Shown here: piece after piece, positions 36,178 through 46,435 of the stretch
How the letters are laid out: every line of letters begins with the position of its first letter
How positions within the stretch are numbered: position 1 is the first letter of the stretch
Origin: an uncultured bacterium
Lineage (GTDB): Bacteria; Planctomycetota; UBA1135; GCA-002686595
Direction: 5' to 3'
NCBI GenBank assembly: GCA_943787795.1
Contig: CALSNU010000001.1
Location: 1,384,285-1,448,284, forward strand
Length of the DNA: 64,000 nucleotides
The notes under the pieces: model-generated
The model's database searches: none
Seen by the model: only the letters and a program-made list of their open reading frames with translations
What the model was told of the DNA's origin: nothing
Translations under genes and position numbers: made by a program

Positions 36178-39100
36178 GTGATGTCGGAAGACTCGAACCT
36201 GCCTACACCGCCGCCCTCTCCGGGCGACCGCCCCGCCCAGCCTGACGCCGGGGCTCCTGAGGGGGGCCTGGAGGGAGACTCCTGGCTCCTCGACGTCGGC
36301 CCTGAACCGGGCACCGAGTTCGGTGAGCATGAGGCCGTGCCGGCGCTCCCCATGGACTGGGACGAGAAGGCGCAGCCCGCGGGTTGGACGCACGAGCCCG
36401 CGGCCTCCGAGGTGCCGCCCTCGGTCGCCCAAGGCGTCGAGGTGTTCGAGGACCACGCGCAGCCGCTGAGCGACTACGAGGAATTCGGCGACGCCGGCGA
36501 GGCGTCCTTCATCGAGCCCATGCCGAGGTCGAGGCCGGTGATCGAGGCCATCCTTCCGGGCTCGCTGGCCATGCTGCTCTCGTTCTCGGGGATCGCGGTG
36601 TGGAGCTTCCTGCGGACCCCCAGAGCCTTCATCGAGAACGTGGAGTTGGCCCGGAGCCAGCACGACATCAACTTCGTGGGGAACGAAGATGACGTCCAGC
36701 TCGCCACGCCGCTTCCCATGGACTCGGTCTCGTCGACTGGCGAGCGCGTCGTCGGGTGGATGGAGGTCGGTCAGAGCCCGAGCGAGTTGAGTGAACCGGA
36801 CGAGCTGGGTTATGACATGCACCCCGCGGACGAGGAGGCGACTCTCGCCTCGGTACCCACCGGAGGCGAGGCGTCCGTGATCGCCACCTTCGAGCCCAAC
36901 GGTTCTGCTTCCGTGGAGACAGTGCCCACGGCAACAGTGCTCACGGCGACAGTGCCCACGGCAACGGGGGCCGAGCCCACGACAGGTGAGGGCGAGGTCG
37001 TGGATGCGCCCGCTCCCGAACTCTTGGTGGCCGGATCCATGGACTCCGACTCCATGGACTCCGAGTCCACAGATGACGGGTCCGCAGTCACCGAGGCTCC
37101 CGTCCAGCAGCCTGTGGTCGTGGCATCCGCCGAGCCCACATCGCAGCCCATGACGGCGGCTCCCGACAAGGAGACTCCTGGCCAGGGGGCTCCCGACATG
37201 GCGGCTCCCGGTGCTGTGGCTCCAGGCGCCGCGGCGCCAGCTCAGGCCACCGTGGATCCGATCGCTTCCGAGCTCGTCGCCTCCGATCCTTCCGCGGCCG
37301 AGCCCGCCGCGGTCAAGCCTTCCGCTACCGAGTCCGTTGCTTCGGAGCCCGCTGCTTCGGAGCCTGCCGTCCTGGAGCCTGTCGCTGCCGATCCGGTCGC
37401 CACGGGCCCGGTGACTCCCGAATCCGCCGTCGGGGAGGCAGACCGCGTCGCGAGCGACGCGGCGCCGGCTGCCGAGACGGCCGCCGATCCCGCGCAGGCC
37501 GGGGATGAGGGGGCCGTTCGTGCCCTGGAGGAGATCTTCGGTGACATCGAGGGATGGAGCGTCGTCTCGGTCGAGTTCGTGGGCGAACCGGAGACGGCCT
37601 TGGGTGAAGGCGAGGCCTTCGGCGACGAGGCTTTCGGCGACGAGGCCAGCGGCGACGGACTCGCCGGGTCCACCGCGGGAATGGGTGAGGATGAGCCTGG
37701 GCCTTCGCAGCTGGAGCCCTCGCAGCCGAACAACACGCAGCCGCAACCGCAGCCGACCCTCGCAGCCGAACCCCTCGCAGCCGGGGGCGATCCTGCCCAA
37801 CTGGCTGATGGCGCTCGCTGCCCCGTCCAGTCCCGTCTCGGTGGACGAGAGTGCTGACTCACCGACGGTGGCAACGCTCAGCCTCCCGGAGCCCGAGGTG
37901 CAGACGATCGTCGAGAGGCCGGCCTTCGACGACGCCCCCGGCACGGTCGAGCCGTTCGACTGGACGGCGCGCACCTGGTCCTCGGAGAGCGGGATGAACG
38001 AGGTCGCGATGTCCGAGCCTGAGCCCGAGGCCGCCTATGAGCCCCGGGTGGTGGAGATCGAGGTCATGGAGCCCGTCGCCGTCATGGAGCCCGTCGCCGT
38101 CATGGAGCCCGTCGCCGTCATGGAGCCTGTCGTCATGGACCCTGAGGTCGATGACCTCGCGTCCATGGACGAGCCCACCGAGGTCGACCCGATGGTTGCG
38201 GCCGAGGCCGTCGACGTGGCCGCCCTCGGGTGGCCGTCGGAGTGGCCGAGCCCCTGGGAGGTCGACCCCGCCTCCGAGGCGGCCGAGCCCAGCGATGCCA
38301 TCGATGCCGAAGCGGGGCTGGAGCTCGTTGACGTCGAGGACCTCGCGGACGCCAAGGAGCCTTCCGCTGCACCGGACGCGGCCGTTCAGGTCGTCGTGGC
38401 CGAGACCGCGCGCTCCGAGGGGCTGCGCGAGCCCGAAGGCCCGTTCGAGCCCGAAGGTCCGACAGGATTTGTGGCGCCCGCCGAGAGCGAGGTGGCCTCG
38501 GTTGAGATGCGGGTTGAGGGTCCCGTCGAGGGTCCAGTCGAGATGCCGGTGAACGAGCCGGTCGTAGGGGCCTCCGAGGACCTCCCGATCGTCGCCGCCG
38601 CCGAGCCCGAATCCAATGACCTGGAGAGTGCCGAAGAGCCGCTCGACGTCGTCGAGTCTCTCGACCTCGAGGGGCCGCTGGTCGCCAGCGATCCCGCCCC
38701 GACGGCAGCCGAGGGCGCCCTCCCGAGCACGATGGCCGCGATGGAGCCCGCCGTGGAGCCCAGCATGGAGGCCAGCATGGAGCCCAGCATGGAGCCCGCC
38801 GCGGAGCCCGCAATCGGGGCCTCCGAGACCGAGGTCGCCATGGCCGACAGCACTCCGGCCGACCCGCTGGGTCCCGTGAGCGCCGCGCCCGAGGGGGATA
38901 TGGCGGGCATGGCAGCCATCGGTTGGCCTTCGGACTGGCCCCTGGCATGGGGTGAAGGTCCCGGCCTGGTGGCTGGCGAAGAAGCCTCGCCGATCGACGC
39001 CGAAGGGGCAGAGGATCTGATCGAAGCCGACCTGGCCACAGCGCCTGCCGACGAGTTGGAGTCCCTGGTGGCTGCCAACGTCGACGACGCTGCTGACGAC

Positions 39101-40399
39101 GACGCTGCTGACGACGACGTTGCTGACGACAGTGCTGACGACATTGCTGACGACATTGCTGACGGCGATGACCCCGCCAGCGATGGCGCTGGCGACGGTG
39201 ACGCCGCGGCCGGGATTGACCAGGCCGAGAGGATGGACTTCCTCGCCTGTGTGGTGCTGCTGCGCCAGGGACTCGGGATTGACCTCGAGCATGGGACCAT
39301 GACCGACGCGCCGTCCACGGCGATGACGGAGGAAGCGTTCACTGGGACCGCCGACGCGGCCCCCCTCGAGGAGGACGTGTTCGCCGGAGCCCCCTTGGTT
39401 GGAGACGAGGTCACCGGGCAACCCATCGATGAGGAGGCGGTCGTCGCAGCCATCGACGAGGAATCCTCTCTTGAAGCCGGCGTCGACGGCAGCGGTGACC
39501 TGCCCGAGGTGTCGGTCGAGTTTGAGCCTGAAGCCATGGAGCAGATGGACGAGTCCGCTGTCGAGGGCATGGTCGCCGATCAAGGCGATGTCGCGGAGCC
39601 CGCAGCGGCGGAGCCCCAGGAAGCGGAGCGCGAAGTCGTGGCCGCCATGGTGGGGCCGGCTCTCCCCGAGTTCGCCCCCGTCCTGCTCCCGCCCTCACCG
39701 GACCTGGTGGCGGACCTGTTCGCTGAATCCTCTGCTGATCCGTCAGGCGCTGAAGCCGATCCGGCCTCGCCCGTGGTGGCCGCTTCGATCCCCGCTGGCG
39801 CGGACCCGGAGAGCGTCGCGACCGAGTTCGAGAGCGCCGGGGTGAGCCGCGAGGTGGCCCAGGCCGAGATCGAGGTCGAGGTGGTGGGGAGCGTCGCCGA
39901 GGAGGCTCCGACCCGACGTCGGCGCCGTGTGCTGGAGCGCGTCGAGGACGATCGCTACTGGCGCTTCAAGAGCGTCCCGAGTCGCAAGTTCGATTCGGAC
40001 CACATGATCTTCACCCCCAACGTTGGCCGCGTGCGCGTGGTGCTCAACGGGGGAGAGGCCTTCGATGGCCGGCTTCACTCGGTCGGCCAGGGCAAGATCA
40101 TGCTCGACACGAAGATGGGACGCATGGCGGTGGACTCCCGCCGCGCCGAACGGGTGGACCGTCTGACCGACGACCGGAGCGAGCTGCGGGACCCCTCAAG
40201 CTCGACGTCGACCGTCGGCCTGAAGCGGGTCAAGGTGAGGACGAGCGGCGGGACGTTCTACGGGCACCTCGTGTCCAGGCGCGGAGACCGGGTCACCCTG
40301 TTGATGGACGAGGGCTTCCGGATCACGCTGGAGAGCAATGACGTGACCGAGGCGGCTGACAGCCGCGGCGGACGGCTCCGTCGCGTCGGGCCGCGCTGA
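36178..40399 (+). CDS. Very large acidic low-complexity membrane-anchored protein (~1400 aa), split by a frameshift at ~37756
   Basis: ORFs 36178-37857 and 37505-40399 share E/A/P/D-rich composition and join at a PSQP repeat; one TM near 36550-36612; compact basic beta-rich C-terminus. Confidence 0.7.
38063..38140 (+). repeat. Coding 18-bp tandem repeat (VMEPVA)
   Basis: gtcatggagcccgtcgcc three times plus a degenerate copy. Confidence 0.85.
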
Positions 40400-40623
40400 G
40401 GACGCTCCCTTGAGACCCGCGGTTCACGCCGCGGTCCGGGCCTGCTGGAGAGGCCGCTGCGTTCCTGACGCGGCGGCCTCTCCGCGTTCCTGTGGGGGGG
40501 GGAGCCCCTGGGATTCGGCGCGGGGTGGAGGTTGGCGCGGCGAGAGGGCGTAGCCAGGGGGGCGATGGCGGCTAAGCTCTATCCCGGCGCCTGCGCGCCT
40601 CCACCCCGCGTCTCCCACACGCC

Positions 40624-42216
40624 ATGATTCGATTCTCCCTCGTCGCTCTCACCGCCCTGCTCTGCCTCGGATCGGTCGCCGCAGCTGCGCCCGTTGTCTC
40701 TCCCACGGCGAGCTCGGCGCCAGCCGGCTGGTCCCCGCAGGACGAGGAGATCGTCAAGGAGTTCAAGAAGTACTTCCGCAAGTACAAGGACCCCGATGCC
40801 CGCACGGAGGCCGTGCTCGCGCTCCTCGGCGCCGAGACCGCCGGCGTGGTCGAGGTGCTCGTGCCCGTGCTCGGGGACAAGGAGCCAGAGGTGAGGCGGG
40901 CGGCCGCGCGAGTCCTGGCGAGCTTCGAGACGCGGCCGCCGGTCGACGCGCTGATCGCGCGTATGGAGAAGGAGAAGAAGGAGCCCGTTCGACTCGGGTT
41001 GCTGGAGGCGATGCGGGCGGGCAAGTACACGGCGCTGGGTGAGCCCGTGGTGGAGGCCCTGGAGGATCGCGGCTGGGCAGTTCGCAGGATGGCGGTGCTC
41101 GCCCTCGCGGCCGGGGGCGACCCTGCCGTGGTGCCGGTGATCGCTCCGCTGGGGGGAGACGAGGAGCCTGCGGTGCGCTGCGCGGTCCTCGACTCGCTCG
41201 CCGCGCTGGGCGCGGACGGCGCGGCCACGCTTGGGGCGGCCTTGATCAACGACGAGACCTGGCAGGTGCGAGCCTCCGCGATCGCCGCCCTGGGGAAGGT
41301 CCGGCGCACCTCGTCCATTCCGATCCTGATCGAGCGCTACAAGGTCGAGGAGGGGCGGTTGCAAGTGGACGCGGCCGACTCGCTGACCAAGCTCACGGGA
41401 AAGGCATACGGCATGCGGATCGAGCTCTGGGAGCGCTTCTGGAACAGCTATAGCGACCGCTATGAGATCCCGACCGATGAGGAGATGAAGAAGCTCGAGG
41501 AGGCGCGCGCCAAGGCGAACCAGAAGTACAGCATCCAGAACGCCTCGAACTTCGTCGGGGTGGAGACGCCGAGCCGCTCGATCCTCTTCGTGATTGACGT
41601 CTCCGGATCCATGGAGGATCTGGTGGTGGACCGGGAGCAGTTCCAGGAGGGCGCCTATCCCTCCTGGGCGCGCATGGACATCGTGAAGACGGAGCTTGCG
41701 CGGACCATCGAGGGGCTCGAGCCCTACGTGAAGTTCGGGATCATCTCCTTCGCCACGGGCACCAAGCGCTGGAAGAAGAAGCTCGTGCCCGCCAACGTGG
41801 TCAACAAGTCCAGCGCCCTGGACTTCGTGAAGAAGCTCGAGCCGCTCGGGGGCAACAGCAAGCTGGACCTGCCCCTCGGAGGCCTCGGGGCCGGACCGGA
41901 CCTCTCGGCGGGCAAGACAAACACCTACGGGGCGCTGGCCCAGGCCCTCGGGATCGAGGACGGAAAGTCGCGGGCGCCCAAGTCCGGCTCGAAGGAGCAG
42001 TACACCGTCGAGGTGGACACCGTGTTCTTCCTCTCGGACGGCAGGCCGACCTTCGGGAAGTACATCGAGACCCGAGAGATCCTGGACCGGATCACCGAGG
42101 GCAACCTCCTCCGGAAGGTCGTCCTCCACACGATCGCCATCGGCAACTTCGACAAGGGGTTCATGAGGAGCCTCGCCGTGAAGAACGGCGGGGTCTTTGT
42201 GGACCTCGGAAAGTAG
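40624..42216 (+). CDS. Exported HEAT-repeat protein with C-terminal vWA domain
   Basis: Signal peptide; repeated D....VR..A...L units; MIDAS DVSGSM, TNT and LSDGRP. Confidence 0.85.
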   Translation: MIRFSLVALTALLCLGSVAAAAPVVSPTASSAPAGWSPQDEEIVKEFKKYFRKYKDPDARTEAVLALLGAETAGVVEVLVPVLGDKEPEVRRAAARVLASFETRPPVDALIARMEKEKKEPVRLGLLEAMRAGKYTALGEPVVEALEDRGWAVRRMAVLALAAGGDPAVVPVIAPLGGDEEPAVRCAVLDSLAALGADGAATLGAALINDETWQVRASAIAALGKVRRTSSIPILIERYKVEEGRLQVDAADSLTKLTGKAYGMRIELWERFWNSYSDRYEIPTDEEMKKLEEARAKANQKYSIQNASNFVGVETPSRSILFVIDVSGSMEDLVVDREQFQEGAYPSWARMDIVKTELARTIEGLEPYVKFGIISFATGTKRWKKKLVPANVVNKSSALDFVKKLEPLGGNSKLDLPLGGLGAGPDLSAGKTNTYGALAQALGIEDGKSRAPKSGSKEQYTVEVDTVFFLSDGRPTFGKYIETREILDRITEGNLLRKVVLHTIAIGNFDKGFMRSLAVKNGGVFVDLGK

Positions 42217-42265
42217 GGTTCTGAGCCATCCTGCGCCTCCGGAGCGAGGTGCGGGCTTCCGGAGG

Positions 42266-42294
42266 TTGACCTCCCGCCCTGGCGTCCCTACATT
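42266..42294 (+). promoter_or_regulatory. Sigma70-type promoter of tRNA-Pro
   Basis: TTGACC-17 bp-TACATT ending 11 nt upstream of the tRNA. Confidence 0.75.
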
Positions 42295-42305
42295 CCTCGC
42301 CCTGT

Positions 42306-42382
<77 letters not shown>

Positions 42383-42561
42383 CCCTTCTTTCTTGGGTGG
42401 TCCCCCCCCGGCTCTTCGCTGGCTCTTCGCTGGCCCCTCCCAGGCCCACCCTGGCGACCTGCCGTGGGCTGGACGGCTGGACGGCTGACCGGAGTGGATG
42501 TCGCTGGCGACCCGCGAGGTGCCGCTGGGGAACGACCAGGCCCCACTGGAGGCCCGCCAGT

Positions 42562-42730
42562 GACCTCGAGGCGGGACCTCGAGGCGGGACCTCGCGGTGG
42601 GACCTCGCACGGACCCACCTTGGGCCCTGGATGGGCTCCAGCGAGCTGGACTCGTCGTTCGAGGACGATGCCGGTGACGGAGAAGAGCGCCCTGCCGGCC
42701 CCCTCTGCCGGCCCCCTCTGCCGGCCCCCT
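42562..42730. repeat. Two different 13-bp tandem arrays
   Basis: gacctcgaggcgg-like x4 (42562-42613) and ctgccggccccct x3 (42692-42730). Confidence 0.8.
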
Positions 42731-42947
42731 GCCTTGCGGTGACGACCCCGGTCGGGGGAGCTGGCGCGAGTGGGCGCCCGGAACAGGCCGCTGCGAATCG
42801 CTGACGGCGACGAGGCTCTCCTTGGGGTTTCGACCTGCCCCCGGCGGATGGCGGGCCCGGATCCCCCTGGAATCTCCTCCTGGGGCTCCTGAAGGGGCCC
42901 TCAGGTCGATCCAGGGCACCAGGGAGGGCGCCGTCCGGCTCTGACGC

Positions 42948-42976
42948 TTGCAATGGCTGGAGTGGGGGTCCAGACT
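42948..42976 (+). promoter_or_regulatory. Putative rho promoter
   Basis: TTGCAA-17 bp-CAGACT about 285 nt upstream of the rho start. Confidence 0.5.
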
Positions 42977-43260
42977 CTGGAGGTGGCGCGAGACCCCAGG
43001 GGTCAGCGCCGAGGTCCCTGATCGGCCTGGCCGGCGTTCGCCTGCCCGCCGCAGCGGGACCTCCGCCCCCCCGCGGGGCCACCTGTCGAGCGAGACGTTC
43101 AACGTCCCCCGTTCGATCGTTCCCCGCGACCAGAGGCCACTGCCTCGACCTGGCCAGCCCTCGTGCTGGCTGATCCTCAGTCGCTCGCGGCTCCGCTGCG
43201 CCGGCCCCGGATGGCCCCCTGCCCTCCGACTCGCACCGTGTCTCCCCGAGACCCATTCAC

Positions 43261-45276
43261 GTGACATCGAAAGACTCCACCAGCGCTGACGGGACCCTGC
43301 CCTTCGGGGCGATCTCTGACGGGGCCGAGGCTCCTCGCAAGAAGAAGAAGGTCACGCGCAAGAAGAAGGCGGCCCCCAAGGCGGCCCCCAAATCCCGTCG
43401 TTCCGACGACGAGGGCGCTGATGGAGGAGAAGGGGAGGCCAGCCCCGCTCCGCGCAAGAAGCGAGCGTCCAAGAAGACGGCCTCGAAGAAGACTGCGGTG
43501 GAGAAGGCACCCGCCGAGGCGCCCGACGCTGGAGCGAGCGACGCTCCCGAGCCGCTCGTTGAGGGCGCCGAGGCCCGCGAAGACGGGTCGTCGGATGGCG
43601 AGGGGCGCAAGCGTCGGACCCGTCGCGGCCGTCGTCGCCGTGGTGGAGAGGATGACGCCGGAGTAGACGCTGGGGCGGACGCTGGCTCCGATTCCGGCCA
43701 GGAAGGCCGCGCAGAAACCACCCGCGGCGAAGAGTCCACAGCGGACTCCGGAGCTGGCCGAGCCTCCGGGAGGGGCGCGGCCCGTGACCGTGATGCCGAG
43801 GGCGAGGGGCGCGACGACGACCGCGGCCGCCAAGAGGGTCGTGACCGGGACGCCGAGGGTCGTGATGAGGGGCAGGGCGACCGCCCGGGCCGCCGGCGCC
43901 GTCGGCGGCGTCGAGGCAAGAAGAACACAGAGGGTGACGGCGAGAGCCGTCCGAAGGAGGGCGGCGAGAGCGCCGACGCCTCCTCCTCCGCGCCCGCCGC
44001 GGACGGAGAGGAGGGTGGGGGCCGGTCCCGTCGGCGCCGCCGCAATCGAAACAAGAACAAGGATCGCCAGGGTGACCGTGACGAGGGCCGCAGCGAGGGA
44101 AGCGGCGAGGGAGGTCGCGATGGCGGCCGCAACCGAGGCGGCGAGGCAGACTCCGACGCCGCCCCCACGACGGGCACGGGCATGTTCATCCTCGACAAGG
44201 GCAACGTCTCCGTGCTCCGCCAGAAGGAGGCCGGATACCTCTCCTCGAAGAAGGACATCTACGTCTCCAAGAGCCTCGTCCAGAAGCACAAGCTCCGGGA
44301 CGGGATGATGATCTCCGGGCCGGTGCGACGCGGGTACAAGCACAAGCTCGAGCTCGGCGCAGTGGAGGAGGTGGACGGCCACCCGCCCAAGCACTGGGAC
44401 AAGAAGCCGACGTTCCAGAACCTCACGAGCGTCGACCCTGACTTCCACTACGCGGTGGGAGACGTGACCGATAACGTCTCCATGCGCGTGGTCGACCTGA
44501 TCTCGCCCATCGGGCGCGGCCAGCGAGGCCTCCTCGTCGCGCCTCCGCGTACGGGCAAGACCACGATCATGCGCGAGTTCGCGGCGGGCATCGAGAAGGG
44601 CTACCCCGACGTGCACCTGATGGTGCTGCTCATCGACGAGCGGCCCGAGGAGGCCACCGAGTGGCGGCGCAGCGTGGAGCACGGCGAGGTCTTCGTGTCC
44701 ACCGCCGACGAGACCAGCAAGCACCACATCCAGGTGGCCGAGGTCGTCTGGAAGCGCGCCATGCGCATGGTCGAGATGGGGGAGGACGTGATCCTCCTGC
44801 TCGACTCGATCACACGCCTCGCCCGGGCTTACAACAACAACGCGGGGCCGGGCAAGACCATGTCCGGCGGCCTGGATAGCCGGGCCATGGAGCGTCCGCG
44901 GAAGATCTTCGGATCGGCGCGAAACACCGTGGAAGCGGGCAGCCTGACGATCCTGGGGACGACCCTGGTGGAGACGGGGAGCCGCCTCGACCAGCTGGTG
45001 TTCGAGGAGTTCAAGGGCACCGGCAACATGGAGCTGATGCTCAACCGCAAGCTCTCGGACCGCCGGATCTTCCCGGCCATCGACATCGAGAAGTCCGGCA
45101 CCCGCAAGGAGGAGAAGCTTGTGGGCATGAAGCGCCTGAAGCAGATCCACATTTTGCGGCGCGTGCTGGCCCGCATGCACTTCGCCGAGGCCGCGGAGCT
45201 CCTGATCTCGAGGCTCATGGACGTCGAGAAGACCACCGACTTCCTGGACCGATTCTCCGTCGACCCCGAGGATTGA
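43261..45276 (+). CDS. rho: Transcription termination factor Rho with long charged N-terminal extension
   Basis: DIYVS, PIGRGQRGLLVAPPRTGKT, LLIDERPEE, DSITRLARAYN and FEEFKGTGNMEL. Confidence 0.96.
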   Translation: MTSKDSTSADGTLPFGAISDGAEAPRKKKKVTRKKKAAPKAAPKSRRSDDEGADGGEGEASPAPRKKRASKKTASKKTAVEKAPAEAPDAGASDAPEPLVEGAEAREDGSSDGEGRKRRTRRGRRRRGGEDDAGVDAGADAGSDSGQEGRAETTRGEESTADSGAGRASGRGAARDRDAEGEGRDDDRGRQEGRDRDAEGRDEGQGDRPGRRRRRRRRGKKNTEGDGESRPKEGGESADASSSAPAADGEEGGGRSRRRRRNRNKNKDRQGDRDEGRSEGSGEGGRDGGRNRGGEADSDAAPTTGTGMFILDKGNVSVLRQKEAGYLSSKKDIYVSKSLVQKHKLRDGMMISGPVRRGYKHKLELGAVEEVDGHPPKHWDKKPTFQNLTSVDPDFHYAVGDVTDNVSMRVVDLISPIGRGQRGLLVAPPRTGKTTIMREFAAGIEKGYPDVHLMVLLIDERPEEATEWRRSVEHGEVFVSTADETSKHHIQVAEVVWKRAMRMVEMGEDVILLLDSITRLARAYNNNAGPGKTMSGGLDSRAMERPRKIFGSARNTVEAGSLTILGTTLVETGSRLDQLVFEEFKGTGNMELMLNRKLSDRRIFPAIDIEKSGTRKEEKLVGMKRLKQIHILRRVLARMHFAEAAELLISRLMDVEKTTDFLDRFSVDPED

Positions 45277-45385
45277 GCCGGTAGTGCGTAGCGAGGGAGC
45301 TGAGCGCCCGCGGGTGACTGCAGGCGCCTGAAGGCGCCAGCAGGCCATCGGGACGGTCCGAGCGCCATTCCTCCACCTCCTCACC

Positions 45386-46435
45386 ATGACCACAGACCCC
45401 ACCTCCACCGTGGCAGCGCCCTCCAGCGCGGCCGCCCCGGCTGCGTCCGGGGCATCGGAGCCGCCGATGATCGTGGCAGAGGGACTCTCCAAGTCCTTCG
45501 GCCCGGTCCACGCGGTGAAGGGCGTGTCGTTCACGGTCGCGCGGGGGGAGCTGGTGGGCTTCCTCGGGCCCAACGGCGCGGGCAAGTCCACCACCATGAA
45601 GATGCTCACGGGGTCGCTCCTTCCTGATGGTGGGCGGGCCTCGATCGCCGGCGTCCCGCTGGACGGCCGCGCCCTCGGGGCGCGCGCCGCCGTGGGCTAC
45701 CTGCCCGAGCACACGCCGCTCTACCGCGAGATGCGGGTGCGCCCCTACCTCGAGTTCGTGGGCGAGGTCCACGGCATGGGGGGCCGCGCGCGCCGCGACG
45801 CCCTGGAGCGCGTCATCGCCTCCTGTGACCTCGAGGGCTACGTCGGGCGGCGGATCCACACGCTCTCGAAGGGCTATCGCCAGCGCGTGGGCCTCGCCCA
45901 GGCGCTCTTCACCGACCCCGACGTGCTGGTGCTCGACGAGCCCACCAGCGGCCTTGACCCCGCGGAGATCGTCAGGATCCGCGACCTGGTCGTGGACCTC
46001 GCGCGCTCGAAGACGATCCTCCTCTCCACCCACGTCCTCCCCGAGGTGGAGGAGGTCTGCCGCCGGGTGCTGATCATCGCCGGCGGTGAGCTGGTGGCGG
46101 ACGGTCCGCTCCACGAGCTGGCCGAGGACTCGGCCGACGCGATCGTGGTCGTGGTGGGGTCGGCCGAGACGCCCGCCGAACGAATCGCCGGTTCCCTGGC
46201 AGCCTGCGATGGCGCGAGCGCCGCTCGCGGGACCTTTGACGGGATCCGCACCCGAGTGCACGTGACCCTGGAGCGGGGGGCCGACCGCCACGCCCTGGCC
46301 GAGGCCCTCGCCCGCGCCGTGCACGACGCCGGGTGGTCCCTGCAGGAGCTCCGTCACGAGGTCCCGACCCTCGAGCGGGTGTTCCTCGAGCGCACGCGCC
46401 AGCTGGCGGCAACGGGCGGGGGCAGCGCGAAATGA
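45386..46435 (+). CDS. ABC transporter ATP-binding subunit (GldA-like)
   Basis: GPNGAGKST, LSKGYRQRVGLAQAL, LDEPTSGLDP and LSTH. Confidence 0.92.
   Translation: MTTDPTSTVAAPSSAAAPAASGASEPPMIVAEGLSKSFGPVHAVKGVSFTVARGELVGFLGPNGAGKSTTMKMLTGSLLPDGGRASIAGVPLDGRALGARAAVGYLPEHTPLYREMRVRPYLEFVGEVHGMGGRARRDALERVIASCDLEGYVGRRIHTLSKGYRQRVGLAQALFTDPDVLVLDEPTSGLDPAEIVRIRDLVVDLARSKTILLSTHVLPEVEEVCRRVLIIAGGELVADGPLHELAEDSADAIVVVVGSAETPAERIAGSLAACDGASAARGTFDGIRTRVHVTLERGADRHALAEALARAVHDAGWSLQELRHEVPTLERVFLERTRQLAATGGGSAK

Noticed and set aside
37850..37860. Selenocysteine readthrough at the TGA ending ORF 36178-37857 (…REC*)
   Set aside because: The last ~33 codons are out-of-frame sequence after the 37756 frameshift; the real coding frame is different
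42383..42560. Prophage or island at the tRNA-Pro or tRNA-Val 3' end
   Set aside because: No integrase, no duplicated tRNA 3' end seen, and the flanking genes are housekeeping
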